This document shows, in pieces, positions 8,729-18,200 of a stretch of DNA of 42,142 nt (its first letter is position 1; each line of letters begins with the position of its first letter). Source of the DNA: Thermoanaerobaculia bacterium (GTDB lineage: Bacteria; Acidobacteriota; Thermoanaerobaculia; UBA5066; Gp7-AA6); NCBI GenBank assembly GCA_035259605.1, contig DATFWF010000056.1, forward strand, positions 1 through 42,142, read 5' to 3'. The translations under genes and the position numbers were made by a program. Below the pieces are notes generated by a model. The model had not been told where the DNA came from, ran no database searches, and saw only the letters and a program-made list of their open reading frames with translations.

Positions 8729-11299
8729 TCACCGAACGCCGGTCACGACGACGAGGTCGTCGAGGACCCGGCGGTAGGAGTAGATCCAGGACTTGCCGTC
8801 CGCGGACAGCTCGATCGGGAACACGTTGAGGACGCCGGCAGGGTCCACAGGAGCGAAAGAGCGGAGAAGCTCCCGCCGTCCGGTCGCGAAATCGACGCGA
8901 TAGACCGGGGCCGGCATCTTCCGGTAGTCGGCCGCGTAGAAAGCGCGGCCGTCTTCGCTCCATCGGATGAAAGACTCCTCCGGTCCGATGCCCGGCATCG
9001 GCCGGGGTTCTCCTCCGGCGAGCGGATACAGCATGAATCTCCTGTCCGGCGCGACCACCACCACGAACCTGCCGTCAGACGTGACTCCATTGTTGACCAT
9101 GCTGACGCCCTCCGGCGTGAACACGCGGATTTCTCCGGAGTCCGTGTCCACCAGGGAAAGGCGGACGCCGCGTTCGCCCTCGCTCGCCCGCACGATGACG
9201 TGGCGGCCGTCCGGCATCCAGATGGCCCATTGAAGAAGAGGGCCCCGGAGCGGGACGGTTTTCGGCGCGCCGGCGCCGGTCGGCAGGATCAGGAGCTGCG
9301 GCGGATTGTCCGGGCTCTGGGCGAGCACGCGCCGGCCGTCGGGCGAAAGCGCCATGACGGCACCCTTGCCGAGGAGAACCGCGGGAGAGCCGTCGGTCTT
9401 GCGGATGTAGGCGAGATAGCTTCCGCCTCCGGTCGCCGCTCCCTGCTCGCCGAAGAGCATCGTCCGGCCGTCCGCGGACAGGTCGGAGGGAAACGACCAG
9501 TCATGCCAGGAGAGATTGCGCTCGCTCGTCTCCCCGGGGGCGAGACCCACGATCTCGCGGCGCCTCTGGTTGCTCGTCAGGAGGACGCGGCCGTCCCGCG
9601 AGACGTCCCGGAGGGAGGCCGGTCCGAGCGTCGCGAGGAGCCTGCGCGATTTTCCCGAGGGCTCGACGGCGGCAAGGCCGTTGCCCGTATACCAGACTTC
9701 GTCGGCCTTCGGCGACCAGGTCAGGCCGCCGATCGAAGTGGAGATCTCGCTCCGGAAGAGGCGGCGGCCGGACGTATCGATGACGGCCACGCGGCCGAGC
9801 CCGTCGCCGCGCTGCGGGTGCTCCGCGTAGGCGATTCGCCGGCCGTCGGGCGAGACTCGCGGCAGGTCCAGCCACCCGGGATACTTCGCGAGGACCTTTC
9901 CGATCGGGTACTCCAGCTGCCACTGGCCCGCCTCCGGCCGGGTGATCGCGAGCTGCTGTCCGTCGGGCGACCAGTCCGCGTCGGTGACGTTGTCGGCGAC
10001 CTCCCTCGGCGCGCCGCCGTTGATCGGCACGCGGGCGAGTGTTCCGACGGACTCGAAGCCGACGAGGAAGCGTCTCCGCAGCAGGATCGCGAGCTCGCTC
10101 GAGGACGAGACGGCAAGGACCGACGCCGAAGGCTGGCCCAGCGACCGCGACTCCGGCGAATCCGGCTGCGTCGCGAAGATCTCGCTGGGTGCGCCGTCCC
10201 ACGCGGCGGAGTAGACGATCGTCCTTCCATCCGGCGCGAAGCGGGCTCCCGAGATCGTTCCCTTGCGGAAAGCGACCTGCTGGTAAACCGGCTGGGCCGC
10301 CGCCGAAGCGCCCGGCTGCAGCCGCCCGGCGAGGGCCGCGAGGATGGCGCCGAGCAGAATGCCGGCCGCGGCGGGCAGCAACCAGCCTCGCCGGGGGCGC
10401 GCCGGAGAGGGACCGAGGGGCGCGGCGCCCGACGTCTCGGAGAGATGATCGCGCACGCTCTCGATATCGCGTGCCAGGTCTTTCGTCGAGGCGTAGCGTC
10501 CGTCGGGCTCCTTGGCCAGGCAGCGCTCGATCGTCCAGCGGAGCGGTGGCGGAGCGGCGGGATTGAGCTTCGCGATCGGCTGCGGGTCTTCCCGGACGAT
10601 CGCGGCGAGGGTCTCCACGCCCGTCTTGCGCTGGAAGGCGCGTTCCCCGGTCGCCATCTCGTAGAGGATCGAGCCGAGCGAGAACTGATCCGAGCGGAAA
10701 TCCACGGGATGCCCCGCCGCCTGCTCGGGCGACATGTAGCCGACGGTCCCCATCACGGTGCCCGGCTGCGTGGCCGCCGCGCCGGCGGTCATCGTGGGAC
10801 CTTCCGGGACGGCGGGCGCGGCCTCCGCCAGCTTCGCCAGCCCGAAGTCGAGGATCTTGACGTAGCCGTCTTTCGAGACGACGAGGTTCTCCGGCTTCAG
10901 GTCGCGGTGGACGATCCCGGCGGCGTGCGCGGCCGCGAGACCCTCGGCAACCTGCGAGCCGATCTCTAGGACGCGCCGGACCGCGAGGGGGCCCGAGACG
11001 AGAAGCTCGCGGACCGTCCGGCCTTCGACGAGCTCCATGGCGATCCAGACCGAGCCGTCCGACTCGCCGACATCGTGGATCGTGACGATGTTCGGATGCG
11101 CGAGCGCCGAGGCCGCGCGCGCCTCCTGCTCGAACCGGGCGCGGCGCGACGCGTCCGCGGCGACGTCGGTGGGCAGGACCTTCAGCGCAACTTCGCGCCC
11201 GAGCCTCCCGTCGCGGACCCGGTAAACCTCTCCCATCCCGCCCGCACCGAGAGGCGAGACGATTTCATAAGGTCCAATCCGGGAGCCCGAGCTGAGCAT
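8729..11299 (-). CDS. Membrane Ser/Thr protein kinase with an extracytoplasmic TolB/PD40-like beta-propeller
   Basis: G-loop GAGGMGEVY, VALKVL, HRDLKPEN, DFGLAK. A single TM helix, GWLLPAAAGILLGAILAALAG. The C-terminus carries repeated SPDG motifs (WSPDGQQLA, VSPDGRRIAY, LSPDGRRVLA, WMPDGRHV). Confidence 0.9.
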   Translation of the reverse strand: MLSSGSRIGPYEIVSPLGAGGMGEVYRVRDGRLGREVALKVLPTDVAADASRRARFEQEARAASALAHPNIVTIHDVGESDGSVWIAMELVEGRTVRELLVSGPLAVRRVLEIGSQVAEGLAAAHAAGIVHRDLKPENLVVSKDGYVKILDFGLAKLAEAAPAVPEGPTMTAGAAATQPGTVMGTVGYMSPEQAAGHPVDFRSDQFSLGSILYEMATGERAFQRKTGVETLAAIVREDPQPIAKLNPAAPPPLRWTIERCLAKEPDGRYASTKDLARDIESVRDHLSETSGAAPLGPSPARPRRGWLLPAAAGILLGAILAALAGRLQPGASAAAQPVYQQVAFRKGTISGARFAPDGRTIVYSAAWDGAPSEIFATQPDSPESRSLGQPSASVLAVSSSSELAILLRRRFLVGFESVGTLARVPINGGAPREVADNVTDADWSPDGQQLAITRPEAGQWQLEYPIGKVLAKYPGWLDLPRVSPDGRRIAYAEHPQRGDGLGRVAVIDTSGRRLFRSEISTSIGGLTWSPKADEVWYTGNGLAAVEPSGKSRRLLATLGPASLRDVSRDGRVLLTSNQRRREIVGLAPGETSERNLSWHDWSFPSDLSADGRTMLFGEQGAATGGGSYLAYIRKTDGSPAVLLGKGAVMALSPDGRRVLAQSPDNPPQLLILPTGAGAPKTVPLRGPLLQWAIWMPDGRHVIVRASEGERGVRLSLVDTDSGEIRVFTPEGVSMVNNGVTSDGRFVVVVAPDRRFMLYPLAGGEPRPMPGIGPEESFIRWSEDGRAFYAADYRKMPAPVYRVDFATGRRELLRSFAPVDPAGVLNVFPIELSADGKSWIYSYRRVLDDLVVVTGVR

Positions 11300-11304
11300 T
11301 TTTA

Positions 11305-11330
11305 CGGGATTCTACCGGCCCCGAATCCCG
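11305..11330. promoter_or_regulatory. Inverted repeat in the divergent kinase / SLH-propeller promoter region
   Basis: CGGGATTC (11305-11312), a 10-nt spacer, then GAATCCCG (11323-11330). This overlaps a minus-strand TAGAAT (complement of 11309-11314) lying 9 nt upstream of the kinase ATG. Confidence 0.4.
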
Positions 11331-11378
11331 CCGCTCCGACCCTTTTGAGAGATGATCGCTCCAACAGGCGGAGGGAGT

Positions 11379-12560
11379 ATGAAAGGCTTCGCGGTGCGGC
11401 GGCGTCTCGTCGGAGCGGGCGCTCTGGCTCTGGCTTCCCTTCTCGGCGCGTGGAGCGCGCTTCTGGGCGTCTGCGGACCTTTCACGGACGTCGCGGCGGA
11501 CGTGTTCTGTCCCTTCGTCCTGGAGGTCTTCTACATGGGGATCACGACGGGGACGACGCCCACGACCTATGACCCCTCGGGCAACACCACGCGCCTCCAG
11601 ATGGCGGCTTTTCTCTCGCGGACGGTGGACGGGGTATTGACCCGCGGCAGCCGGCGCGCGGCCATGCGCCGGTTCTGGAACCCCGGCAACGAGGCAAACC
11701 TGGGAGTGACGACCGTAGGCGGCAGCGCCGCCGTTCACGTCGATTCCGACGGGGCGGACATCTGGGCGGCGGGCTCGAATAACGTGTCGCGCGTGCGGGG
11801 GAGCGACGGCATGCTGCTGGAGACCTGGACCGCGGCGTTCGCCCACAATGTCCTGACGGCGTTCGGAAAGGTCTTCGTCACCGGCGCGTCGGATCCGGGC
11901 AGGCTCTACCGGATCGATCCCACCCAGGCGGCGGGATTCGCGACCTCGGTCGCGACGAACCTCGGGGACTCCCCGTTCGGAATCGCCTACGACGGCGCGC
12001 GAATCTGGACGGCGAACTTCGGGGACGGGTCCGTCGGGACCGGCTCGGTTTCGATCGCCACCGTCGCCGCCACCGTTCCCTGGACGGTCACGACCGTCAC
12101 GACGGGGTTCTCCCAGATGAGAGGCGCCCTGTGGGACGGAACGAGCATCTGGGTCACCGACCAGAACGCCGGCAAGCTGTTCCGGTTGAGCCCCGGCGGC
12201 GCGATCCTCCAGACCGTGACGGTCGGGACAGTCCCGGGCCGACCCGTATTCGACGGGACGAACATCTGGGTCCCCAACGACACCTCGAACTCGGTCTCCG
12301 TGGTCCGCGCTTCTACCGGCGTTCTGCTTCTGACTCTCACCGGGAACGGCCTGGACGGTCCCATTGTCGCCGCGTTCGACGGCCTGCGCGTCCTCGTCAC
12401 GAACAATACCGGCGCCAGCGTTTCGCTCTGGAAGGCCGCGGATCTCTCCGCCATCGGGTCCCTCTCCACTGGCGCCGGATCGACTCCGTTCGGAGCCTGC
12501 AGTGACGGGATCTCGTTCTGGATCGCGCTGAGCAACAAGGGGACCGTCGCTCGCTTTTAG
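11379..12560 (+). CDS. Secreted protein with one N-terminal SLH-like module and a beta-propeller (copy 2 of 2)
   Basis: GGAGGGAG precedes ATG 11379 (MKGFAVRRRL...). CGPFTDVAADVFCPFVLEVFYMGITTGTTPTTYDPSGNTTRLQMAAFLSR is near-identical to copy 1. Blades IAYDGARIWTAN, ALWDGTSIWVTD, PVFDGTNIWVPN, AAFDGLRVLVTN. Confidence 0.8.
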   Translation: MKGFAVRRRLVGAGALALASLLGAWSALLGVCGPFTDVAADVFCPFVLEVFYMGITTGTTPTTYDPSGNTTRLQMAAFLSRTVDGVLTRGSRRAAMRRFWNPGNEANLGVTTVGGSAAVHVDSDGADIWAAGSNNVSRVRGSDGMLLETWTAAFAHNVLTAFGKVFVTGASDPGRLYRIDPTQAAGFATSVATNLGDSPFGIAYDGARIWTANFGDGSVGTGSVSIATVAATVPWTVTTVTTGFSQMRGALWDGTSIWVTDQNAGKLFRLSPGGAILQTVTVGTVPGRPVFDGTNIWVPNDTSNSVSVVRASTGVLLLTLTGNGLDGPIVAAFDGLRVLVTNNTGASVSLWKAADLSAIGSLSTGAGSTPFGACSDGISFWIALSNKGTVARF

Positions 12561-13774
12561 GCGCGCCGTTCCCGGACGGACCGCGCGCGGACGGGTTCGC
12601 CGCCCGCGAGGCGCCAGAACTGGCCCTCGTTCAGGATCGTGATGCGGTGCCCCTTCTCGCGCAGCCGCTTGATCTCGATCAGCTTCCGCCCCGCGTCCCG
12701 GCCTCCCGCCTGGAGGGGATTCGGCCGGCCGCGCACGACGACGGTCGTGTTCACGGACGGGCCTCCGTGGACGGTCGCGCCCGCGCGCTTGGCCGCGCGG
12801 GCGGCTTCGCTCCTCTTGTGCGACAGGATGCCGGTGAAGGCGAGGTGCGCTCCCTTCAGCGAGCGCAGCCTCCCGACGTGGAGCGAGGCGGGGCGCGTCG
12901 TGAGGGCGTCGATCAGCTCCTGCGCGCTCTCGTAGCGCTTCCGGCGCTCGCCGAGGCAGCGGTAGATGATCTCCTTCAGGTGGTCGCTGCACTTCAAGCG
13001 CCGGATCTCCTTGGTCCGGATCCGCGTCCGCGCGTCTCCCTTGACGAGCATCCCGAGGAGCTGCCCGACCTGGTAGACGTCGTCGCGCGCCTGCCACTTC
13101 GGCGCGGTGCGCTCGAGCATCTCCACCGGCGCGGTCATCGGGTTGAGGGTTCCCGCGCGGACGCCCTTGCGGCCGCCGGCGTGGCGGACGATGCCGAAGT
13201 CGCCGAGCTTCAACGTCCGCCCGTCGCAGACGAAGACGTTCATCGGGGTCAGGTCGCGGTGGAGCAATTGCCCGCGGTGGAGCTTGCCGAGGACCTGGAG
13301 AATGCCGGCGATCTCCCGGCGCGCGGCGGACTCCGTCCAGGGCTTTCCGGTCTGCTCCAGGAACTTTCTCAAGTCCCCGGAGCTCGCGTATTCGAGGGCG
13401 AGGCAATAGAGGATCGGGCCTCCGGCGGGGCCGTCGCAGGGGAGGGGGAAGCTGTCGTAGATGCGGATCGCGCGGGGATGTCCCTCGAGAAGCTGTCCGA
13501 AGTAGGCCTCCCGCAACCATCCGTCGATGCGCTGGCTCGCCTTGACGCAGACGATCTGCGGCACCGCCCGCGACCGGCCCAGCCGCGTGGCGAGGTAGAC
13601 CTGCCCGAACCCGCCTTCGCCCAGCATCCGGTCGATCCGGTACTGGATTCGCGTCTCCGGGCTGGTGATCACCCGCGGGGGCGTCAGCAGGAAGCCCGCG
13701 AGCCCGGCGCCTGCCGGCATCGGGAGCGTCGTGGCGGAAGTACGAACCTTCGAGCGATCGGCTTTCTGGCGCAT
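12557..13774 (-). CDS. Cytoplasmic Ser/Thr protein kinase fused to a C-terminal BRCT domain
   Basis: GEGGFGQVY, VCVKA, HRDLTPMNVFV, KLGDFGIVRH. The C-terminus LKGAHLAFTGILSHKRSEAARAAKRAGATVHGGPSVNTTVVVRG...KLIEIKRLREKGHRITILNEGQFWRL matches the LigA-type BRCT pattern. No TM segment. The start is taken at the internal ATG (MRQKADRS...); ATG 13867 would overlap the divergent gene. Confidence 0.8.
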   Translation of the reverse strand: MRQKADRSKVRTSATTLPMPAGAGLAGFLLTPPRVITSPETRIQYRIDRMLGEGGFGQVYLATRLGRSRAVPQIVCVKASQRIDGWLREAYFGQLLEGHPRAIRIYDSFPLPCDGPAGGPILYCLALEYASSGDLRKFLEQTGKPWTESAARREIAGILQVLGKLHRGQLLHRDLTPMNVFVCDGRTLKLGDFGIVRHAGGRKGVRAGTLNPMTAPVEMLERTAPKWQARDDVYQVGQLLGMLVKGDARTRIRTKEIRRLKCSDHLKEIIYRCLGERRKRYESAQELIDALTTRPASLHVGRLRSLKGAHLAFTGILSHKRSEAARAAKRAGATVHGGPSVNTTVVVRGRPNPLQAGGRDAGRKLIEIKRLREKGHRITILNEGQFWRLAGGEPVRARSVRERRA

Positions 13775-13821
13775 CTCGTCGGCGAGGGACGCGAGGATAA
13801 TCCTTTCCGGGAGACTTCGAA

Positions 13822-14409
13822 ATGATTCCGGCGATCCTCGCGGTCGTCCTTCTCGCCGCGTCGGCACCTTTCGGGCCCAGGCACGTCTGGCGCCCTCCCG
13901 ACGGAGCGGTCGAGGAGCTTCACCGGTGTAGCGGCCGCATCCGGCTGGACTGCGTGAAGAAGGTCCTGGCGCGCCACGGCGGGACGCCGGAAGCCTTCGA
14001 GTTCTACCGGAAGACCGGATGGTTCCTGTCGGAGCTGAAGGAGACCGGGGGCCCGGTCCGCGTGGCGACGCTCCTGGATCCGTGGAGGGCCAACGAGAAC
14101 GAGCAGCCCGCCCTCGTCAACGGCGCGCCCCCGGTCGTCTATCCCGAGGACGCCGACTTCGACGTCGAGAAGGACGCCGCCTACCGCGCCCTCAGGGAGA
14201 AATTCCCGAATCTGCTTCTGTGGAAGCCCGGCGCCGAGCTCGAAGGGAGCGGCTCCACGCCGAAAGGGCAGAGCTTCCTCTTTCGCTACCGGCTGCTCGA
14301 CGGATGCCACGCCTGCCCGGTCCGCGGCTTCGCGCGCGTCGAGTTTCTCTTCGGCCGCGACGGGACCTTCCTGAGGGCGAAGCTGCTCGGCGTCGTCCCG
14401 GCGACCTAG
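13822..14409 (+). CDS. Hypothetical secreted protein
   Basis: GGGAGA upstream. Signal-like N-terminus MIPAILAVVLLAASAPF. Coding-like GC3 over 195 codons. No recognisable motif. Confidence 0.6.
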   Translation: MIPAILAVVLLAASAPFGPRHVWRPPDGAVEELHRCSGRIRLDCVKKVLARHGGTPEAFEFYRKTGWFLSELKETGGPVRVATLLDPWRANENEQPALVNGAPPVVYPEDADFDVEKDAAYRALREKFPNLLLWKPGAELEGSGSTPKGQSFLFRYRLLDGCHACPVRGFARVEFLFGRDGTFLRAKLLGVVPAT

Positions 14410-15230
14410 GCGACGGGGGCCCGGAGGCTCCGGTCGAGGATGCGCGAATCGCCGAGGCGGCCGGAGTACTCCGCGAAGAAAGGCGTCGGACCGCGCCAGC
14501 GCAGCTCCTCGACGTCGGCAAAGAGCGCCGCGTCGTCCCGCAGCGTCGCGAGCTTCTTGAAGAGCAGGGCGAGGCCGCGGCGCTCGCCGATGACTTCCTC
14601 GGGGAAGTCCTCGATCGCGCCGTGGCGGTTGATCAGCCTCGCGGCGCCGACCGGTCCGATCCCGGAGAGGCCGGGGTAGCCGTCGGCGGAGTCGCCGACG
14701 AGGGCCAGGTAGTCGGGGATCCGGATCGGGTCCACGCCGAACTTCTCGCGGACTCCGGCTTCGTCGCGGATCCGGTTCGTCCGCCGGTCCGCCTGGACGA
14801 CGCGGCCGCCGCGGACGCACTGGCCGAGGTCCTTGTCGGGAGTCCAGATGCAGACCTTCTCGACGCGCGGGTCTTCCGCGGCGATCCGCGCGGCCGATGC
14901 GAGGGCGTCGTCGGCCTCGAGCTCGATCATCGGGAAGACGGCGACTCCCAGCGCGGCCAGCGCCTCCTCGAGCGGATGGAACTGCGCGAGGAGCTCCCGT
15001 TCCACTCCCTCGCTGGTTTTGTACCCGGGCCAGAGCCGGTTGCGGAACGATTCGATAATGTGATCCGTCGCCACACCGACGTGCGTCGCTCCCTTCTCGA
15101 TCATCTCGAGAACGGTGTGGAGCACTCCCGCGGCGGCTCCGAGCGGCCGCTTCGAAGCCTCGGGGACCCGGCGCAGGCCGTAGTAGTGCCGGAAGAGCTC
15201 GTAAGTCCCGTCGACGAGGTGAACGATCAT
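14406..15230 (-). CDS. Stand-alone 5'-3' exonuclease / flap endonuclease (Pol I N-terminal-domain family)
   Basis: MIVHLVDGTYELFR matches typical family N-termini. Acidic clusters ELEADDALAS. H3TH motif LVGDSADGYPGLSGIGPVGAARLI. The track start at 15260 is an alternative; both have weak SD sequences. Confidence 0.8.
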   Translation of the reverse strand: MIVHLVDGTYELFRHYYGLRRVPEASKRPLGAAAGVLHTVLEMIEKGATHVGVATDHIIESFRNRLWPGYKTSEGVERELLAQFHPLEEALAALGVAVFPMIELEADDALASAARIAAEDPRVEKVCIWTPDKDLGQCVRGGRVVQADRRTNRIRDEAGVREKFGVDPIRIPDYLALVGDSADGYPGLSGIGPVGAARLINRHGAIEDFPEEVIGERRGLALLFKKLATLRDDAALFADVEELRWRGPTPFFAEYSGRLGDSRILDRSLRAPVA

Positions 15231-15268
15231 TCCCGGGTAGAGGATATCTGCCTGTACCATACGGGGCC

Positions 15269-18200
15269 TTGTTGTTCAGGGCGGGTCGGAAACGGGTCGG
15301 CGCCGCGGCGGTCGTCCTCGCGGTCTTCTGCGGAATCGCTTTGGGGTCGCGCTCGGCCAAGACGAGCGGGGACGGGAGTGTCCTGAGCTTCGCCGGAAAT
15401 GCGCAGCACACCGCCATTTTCGATCCGCCCGCGCAGGACCTGAACGCGATCCACTGGTCCAAGTCGATCGACCTGAACAACACCGCCCTGGCCCATTACG
15501 GGGCGCCGCTCATCACCGCCGCCAACTCGGTCCTCGCCCCGGTCAAGATCTCCGCCAGCGGCTTTCGCGTCGACGCGTTTCGGGGCTCCGACGGAAGCGC
15601 GAAGTACTCGCTGGCGAGCGACTACGTTCTGCCGCCGCACAACTGGATCCCAACTTACCAGCCGGTGGTCGCCCCGGCGGCCGGAGGGCTGCGGATCTAC
15701 TATCCCGGCGCGGGCGGGACGGTCCTCGCCACGGACGATCCCGACTCCGACACTCCCGCCGCCGCCGCGCGCAAGGTCTTCTACACGTCCCTCGCCAATT
15801 ACCAGGCCAGCGCCGCCGCCTTCAACGCCGCCATCTTCATCAACACCCCGATCACCGCCGACGCCGCGGGGAACATCTTCTTCGGGTTCCGCGTGGTTCA
15901 GGCCCCGCCGGCTCCGTTCAACACGATGCAGAGCGGCTACGCGCGGATCGATTCGAGCGGCAGCGGCACCTTCATCGCGGCCGGAGCGGCGGCGGCGGAC
16001 GCCATGATCGACAACGACTCGCACAACTGCGCACCGGCGCTCTCCAACGACGGGACCACGCTCTACGTCGTCGTGAAGGGGCTCGAGAACTACACCTACC
16101 TCCTGGGGCTGAACTCGACGACGCTCGCGACGAAGTTCAAGGTCTTCCTCAAGGACCCGCGAAACACCAACGGCGCGACCGTCCCGGACGACGCGACCGC
16201 GTCTCCCACGGTCGGCCCCGACGGCGACGTGTACATCGGAGTCCAGGGCAACCCCCTCAACGGGGGGCGCGGCTTCCTGCTCCACTTCAACGCCGACCTG
16301 ACCGTCGCGAAGACCCCGGGCGCGTTCGGCTGGGATTACACGGCAGCGCTCGTGCCGGCGGCGATGGTCCCGTCGTACACGGGAAGCTCGAGCTACCTGA
16401 TCTTCGCCAAGTACAACAACTACGCCAACCTCGGTGACGGCAACGACGGGATCAACAAGATCGCTCTACTGGACCCCAGCGCGACGCAGGTGGATTCGCA
16501 CCCCTCGGCCTCGGGCATCCTCGTCATGCGCGAGGTCCTGACCGTGGCCGGGCCAACCCCGGACTCGGAAAACCCCTCGGTTCCCGACGCGGTCCGGGAA
16601 TGGTGCATCAACACGGCGGCCGTCAACCCCGCGACCAACAGCGTCTTCACACCGAGCGAGGACGGACACCTCTACCGCTGGAACCTGGCGACGAACTCGT
16701 TCTCGCAGGTCGTCACATTGACTCCCGGGGTCTTCGAGCCCTACGTCCCGACCGTGATCGGCCCGGGCGGCGTCGTCTACTCGTTGAACGGCGGCACGCT
16801 CTTCGCGCTCAGCGGCCTCCCGGGGGTTTCCGTCACGCTGGACTCCTCGCTGCCCGACGTGCGCGCCGCGGTCGCCGGAGATGCGGTGACGTTCACCGCG
16901 ACCGTCGTCTCTTCGGGCCTGAGCCCGTCCACCCCCACCGGCACGGTCACCTTCGAAGACACGACGTACTTCGTCATCGATTTCGACGACCTCGGCACCA
17001 CGACGACCACGCTCGCCGCCAACGTTCCGCTCGACGAGTCGGGCCATGCGTCGGTCACGACCTTGGCGCTGGAGGCGGCGAACCATTTCGTCAAGGCGAC
17101 CTACAGCGGCGACGGCAGTTTTTCGGCCGGGAGCGCCACGCTCGTCCAGAAGATCCACGCGAAGGCGACGATGACCTCGCTCGCGTCGCTCCCGAATCCC
17201 TCGACGCCGGGCCAGAGCGTGACCTTCACCGCGACGGTCGCGGGGTCTCCCGCGGTCCCGGAGTTCCCGACCGGGATGGTGACCTTCCTCGAAGGCGCGG
17301 CCGTTCTCGCGCAGTCGCCGTTGAACGGGAGCGGGCAGGCGGCGTTCGGCACGTCCGCGCTCGCGGCCGGCGGGCACACCGTGACCGCCCGCTACGCCTC
17401 CGACACGCACTTCGCGGCGAGCAGCGGCTCGACCGGCCAGATCGTCCAGGGCGCGGTAACCCTGACGCCGACCTCCACTCCCACGGCGACTCCGACGCCG
17501 ACCTCGACTCCCACCGCCAGGGCGCAGGCGCAGGCGCTCTCCGTGGACGCTGCCGCCAACGGCGGCTTTTCCAACGGCAACGGAGTGCTCGAGCCGGGGG
17601 AGCGAGCCTTCGTCCGGCCGGCGTGGAAGAACGTCAGCGGCGCGCTCCTCGCGCTGGCCGGCGCCGCGTCCTCGTGGACGGGGCCCGGCGCGGCGTACGC
17701 GGTCTACGACACGGCCGCGGACTACGGCTCGATCGCCGGCGGCGCCACCGCCGACTGCGGCTCGGCGACGGGCAACTGCTACGAGGTGGGCGTTTCCAAC
17801 CCGGCCAGCCGGCCGGCCACGCACTGGGACGCGACCTTCACCGAGTCGCTGAACGACGGCGATCCGCCGAAATCCTGGCGCATGCACGTGGGCGGCAGCT
17901 TCACCGACGTGCCGGCCGGCCATGTCTTCTACTCCTTCATCGAGCGGATCCTGCACAACGGGATCACGGTCGGCTGCGGTCCGGGCGCCTTCTGTCCGGA
18001 CGATTCGGTTTTCCGCCTCCAGATGGCGGTCTTCCTCGCGAGGGCGCAGGCGGGCGGCGACGCGAGCGTCCCCGCGAGCGGAACGGCGCAGGGGAATCCC
18101 TACAACTGCGCCGGCGGCGGCGTCTCGCAGTTCACCGACGTGGATCCGACCGATCCCTTCTGCCGCCACGTCCATTACATCTTCGCGACCGGCGTGACGA

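Noticed and set aside
8606-13520. Long ORFs 8606..10969 (plus strand, 787 aa) and 11265..13520 (minus strand, 751 aa)
   Set aside because: They are antisense or out of frame to the two kinase genes and SLH-propeller copy 2, which carry unambiguous catalytic and repeat motifs. Their composition is typical of GC-rich non-coding frames.
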